Assembly (NCBI GenBank): GCA_963719225.1
Contig: CAVRAY010000001.1
Location: 928,001-992,000 of the forward strand
Direction: 5' to 3'
DNA: 64,000 nt
Source: Thermoanaerobaculia bacterium
GTDB lineage: Bacteria > Acidobacteriota > Thermoanaerobaculia > UBA5066
The stretch's first letter is position 1. The number at the start of each line of letters is the position of its first letter. Below are positions 62,941-64,000 of the stretch, piece after piece. The position numbers were made by a program, and so were the translations under genes. The notes beneath the pieces are model-generated. The model was not told the origin of the DNA. It did no database searches and saw only the letters and a program-made list of their open reading frames with translations.

Positions 62941-64000
62941 TCAGGAGCCTGTCTCCCGCGAGGGATCGAATCGCTCGAAGAGGCGGGCGAGCAGGAAAAC
63001 TCCGGCGGCCGCCTCCGCGAGAATCGGGAGAGCTGCCAGGAGGGCGGCGAGAGGCAGGCACCAGAGGCCGAGCGATTTGAAGGTGAAGAAGATCAACGGC
63101 CCGGCCAGGAGCGCCGCCGGGATCAGGGCGAGCCCGAGAACGAGCCACGTCCCGAGGAACGAGATCATCCTCAGGCCCGCCTGTTCCAGGCCCACCGCGC
63201 GCTTCCTGCCCGCCGGAAACCACGCCGGAAAAGCGAGGACGGACGCATTCTGGACGACGAGGGCGGCCAGGACGAGGGCCGGAAGGAAGACGGCCACGGT
63301 CAGGGCGACCGGAACGAGGGTATCGAGCCGGAGAAGCGGAGGAACGTCGAGAAATGGAGACGTAGGCGTTCCGACGAAAGCCGCCCGTGCGGCGCGTCCG
63401 GCGGCGATCGCGAGCGCGATCGCGATGCCGCCCCAGCCTTGGAGCGCCGCGACGACCGCCGGCGCGCCGATCTCCGCGAGGACGAGGCCCCCGGCCGGGA
63501 GAGGCCATGTCTTGAGCACCGTTGCGTATTCGAGATCCCCGCGCAGGTCGATCCTCAGGGCGAGGGGTGTAAAGAGGGCGAGGAGAGCGGCCACGGCGAG
63601 GCACGTGGCGCTTCCGAGGGCGGCCGCGAAGTCTGCCCATGGCGTCGCCAGGAAGGCGGACGCCGAAAAGAAGACGGCTGCAAGCGCGGCCACGATAGAC
63701 GCCTGTCGGCGAAGGCTCGTCCGGTTCCAGGCGAGGAGGTTCTTCCACACGACCGCAATCGCCGGCCGGCCCGGCGCCGCGAGGGCGAATGGCACGACGC
63801 TGCGTCGCTTCTCGGACGGCAGCGCGTCAAGGCGTCCCGCGTCGCGGCGTGCCCGAAGGGCCGCCCTCCTCGACGCCTGGGCAAGGGTGGCCTCCTCGAA
63901 GCGGACGGCCGTGAGCGCGACACACACGTAGAGGAAAGCCACGAGGCCGAATGCGGGCGGCAGCGCGAGAACGAACGCGCGCGCCGTCGGCGCGAGCAGC
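62941..64000 (-). CDS. Putative ABC exporter permease, C-terminal part (runs off the right edge)
   Basis: Multiple TM segments; 'FEEA', 'VWKNL', 'LRIDLRGDL...LKTWPL', 'FERFDPS'. Confidence 0.6.
   Translation of the reverse strand, partial: LLAPTARAFVLALPPAFGLVAFLYVCVALTAVRFEEATLAQASRRAALRARRDAGRLDALPSEKRRSVVPFALAAPGRPAIAVVWKNLLAWNRTSLRRQASIVAALAAVFFSASAFLATPWADFAAALGSATCLAVAALLALFTPLALRIDLRGDLEYATVLKTWPLPAGGLVLAEIGAPAVVAALQGWGGIAIALAIAAGRAARAAFVGTPTSPFLDVPPLLRLDTLVPVALTVAVFLPALVLAALVVQNASVLAFPAWFPAGRKRAVGLEQAGLRMISFLGTWLVLGLALIPAALLAGPLIFFTFKSLGLWCLPLAALLAALPILAEAAAGVFLLARLFERFDPSRETGS

Overview
High-GC bacterial chromosomal segment. The gene content (Oar-like TonB-dependent receptors, GWxTD, VWA and sulfatase-TPR proteins) suggests Acidobacteriota, possibly Thermoanaerobaculia-like; this is inference. 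From left to right: (1) a partial argS and an SRPBCC gene; (2) an envelope cluster with two divergent TonB-receptor/GWxTD pairs, each receptor preceded by a sigma54-like site, plus sulfatase-TPR, VWA, DUF4388-HDOD and a third GWxTD gene; (3) housekeeping genes (methylmalonyl-CoA mutase large subunit, tdk, nth, cpdB-like, an atypical rho, rhlB-like and others); (4) a full glutamyl-tRNA-to-protoheme gene set in two divergent operons (hemE/hemN-H-Y and ccsA-like-hemA-C-D-B-L-kynU); (5) a six-gene candidate extracellular electron transfer operon with 37 c-heme motifs, joining MtrC/MtrA/MtrB-type genes to a split CbcL-like pair and an ImcH/NapC-like gene; (6) a DHOD-like gene, a VapBC pair, a Cys-rich PAS-LuxR regulator and a partial ABC permease. 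Non-coding or cryptic signals include a CCTTCNAAGAAA-plus-polypyrimidine element embedded in frame in several unrelated genes, a TGATGCA-core motif shared by the heme and cytochrome promoters, many probable leaderless promoters, and a structured intergenic region with DnaA-box-like repeats at 18.5-18.8 kb. No rRNA, tRNA, CRISPR array or transposase was recognised. All family assignments come from reading motifs by eye; no database searches were run.
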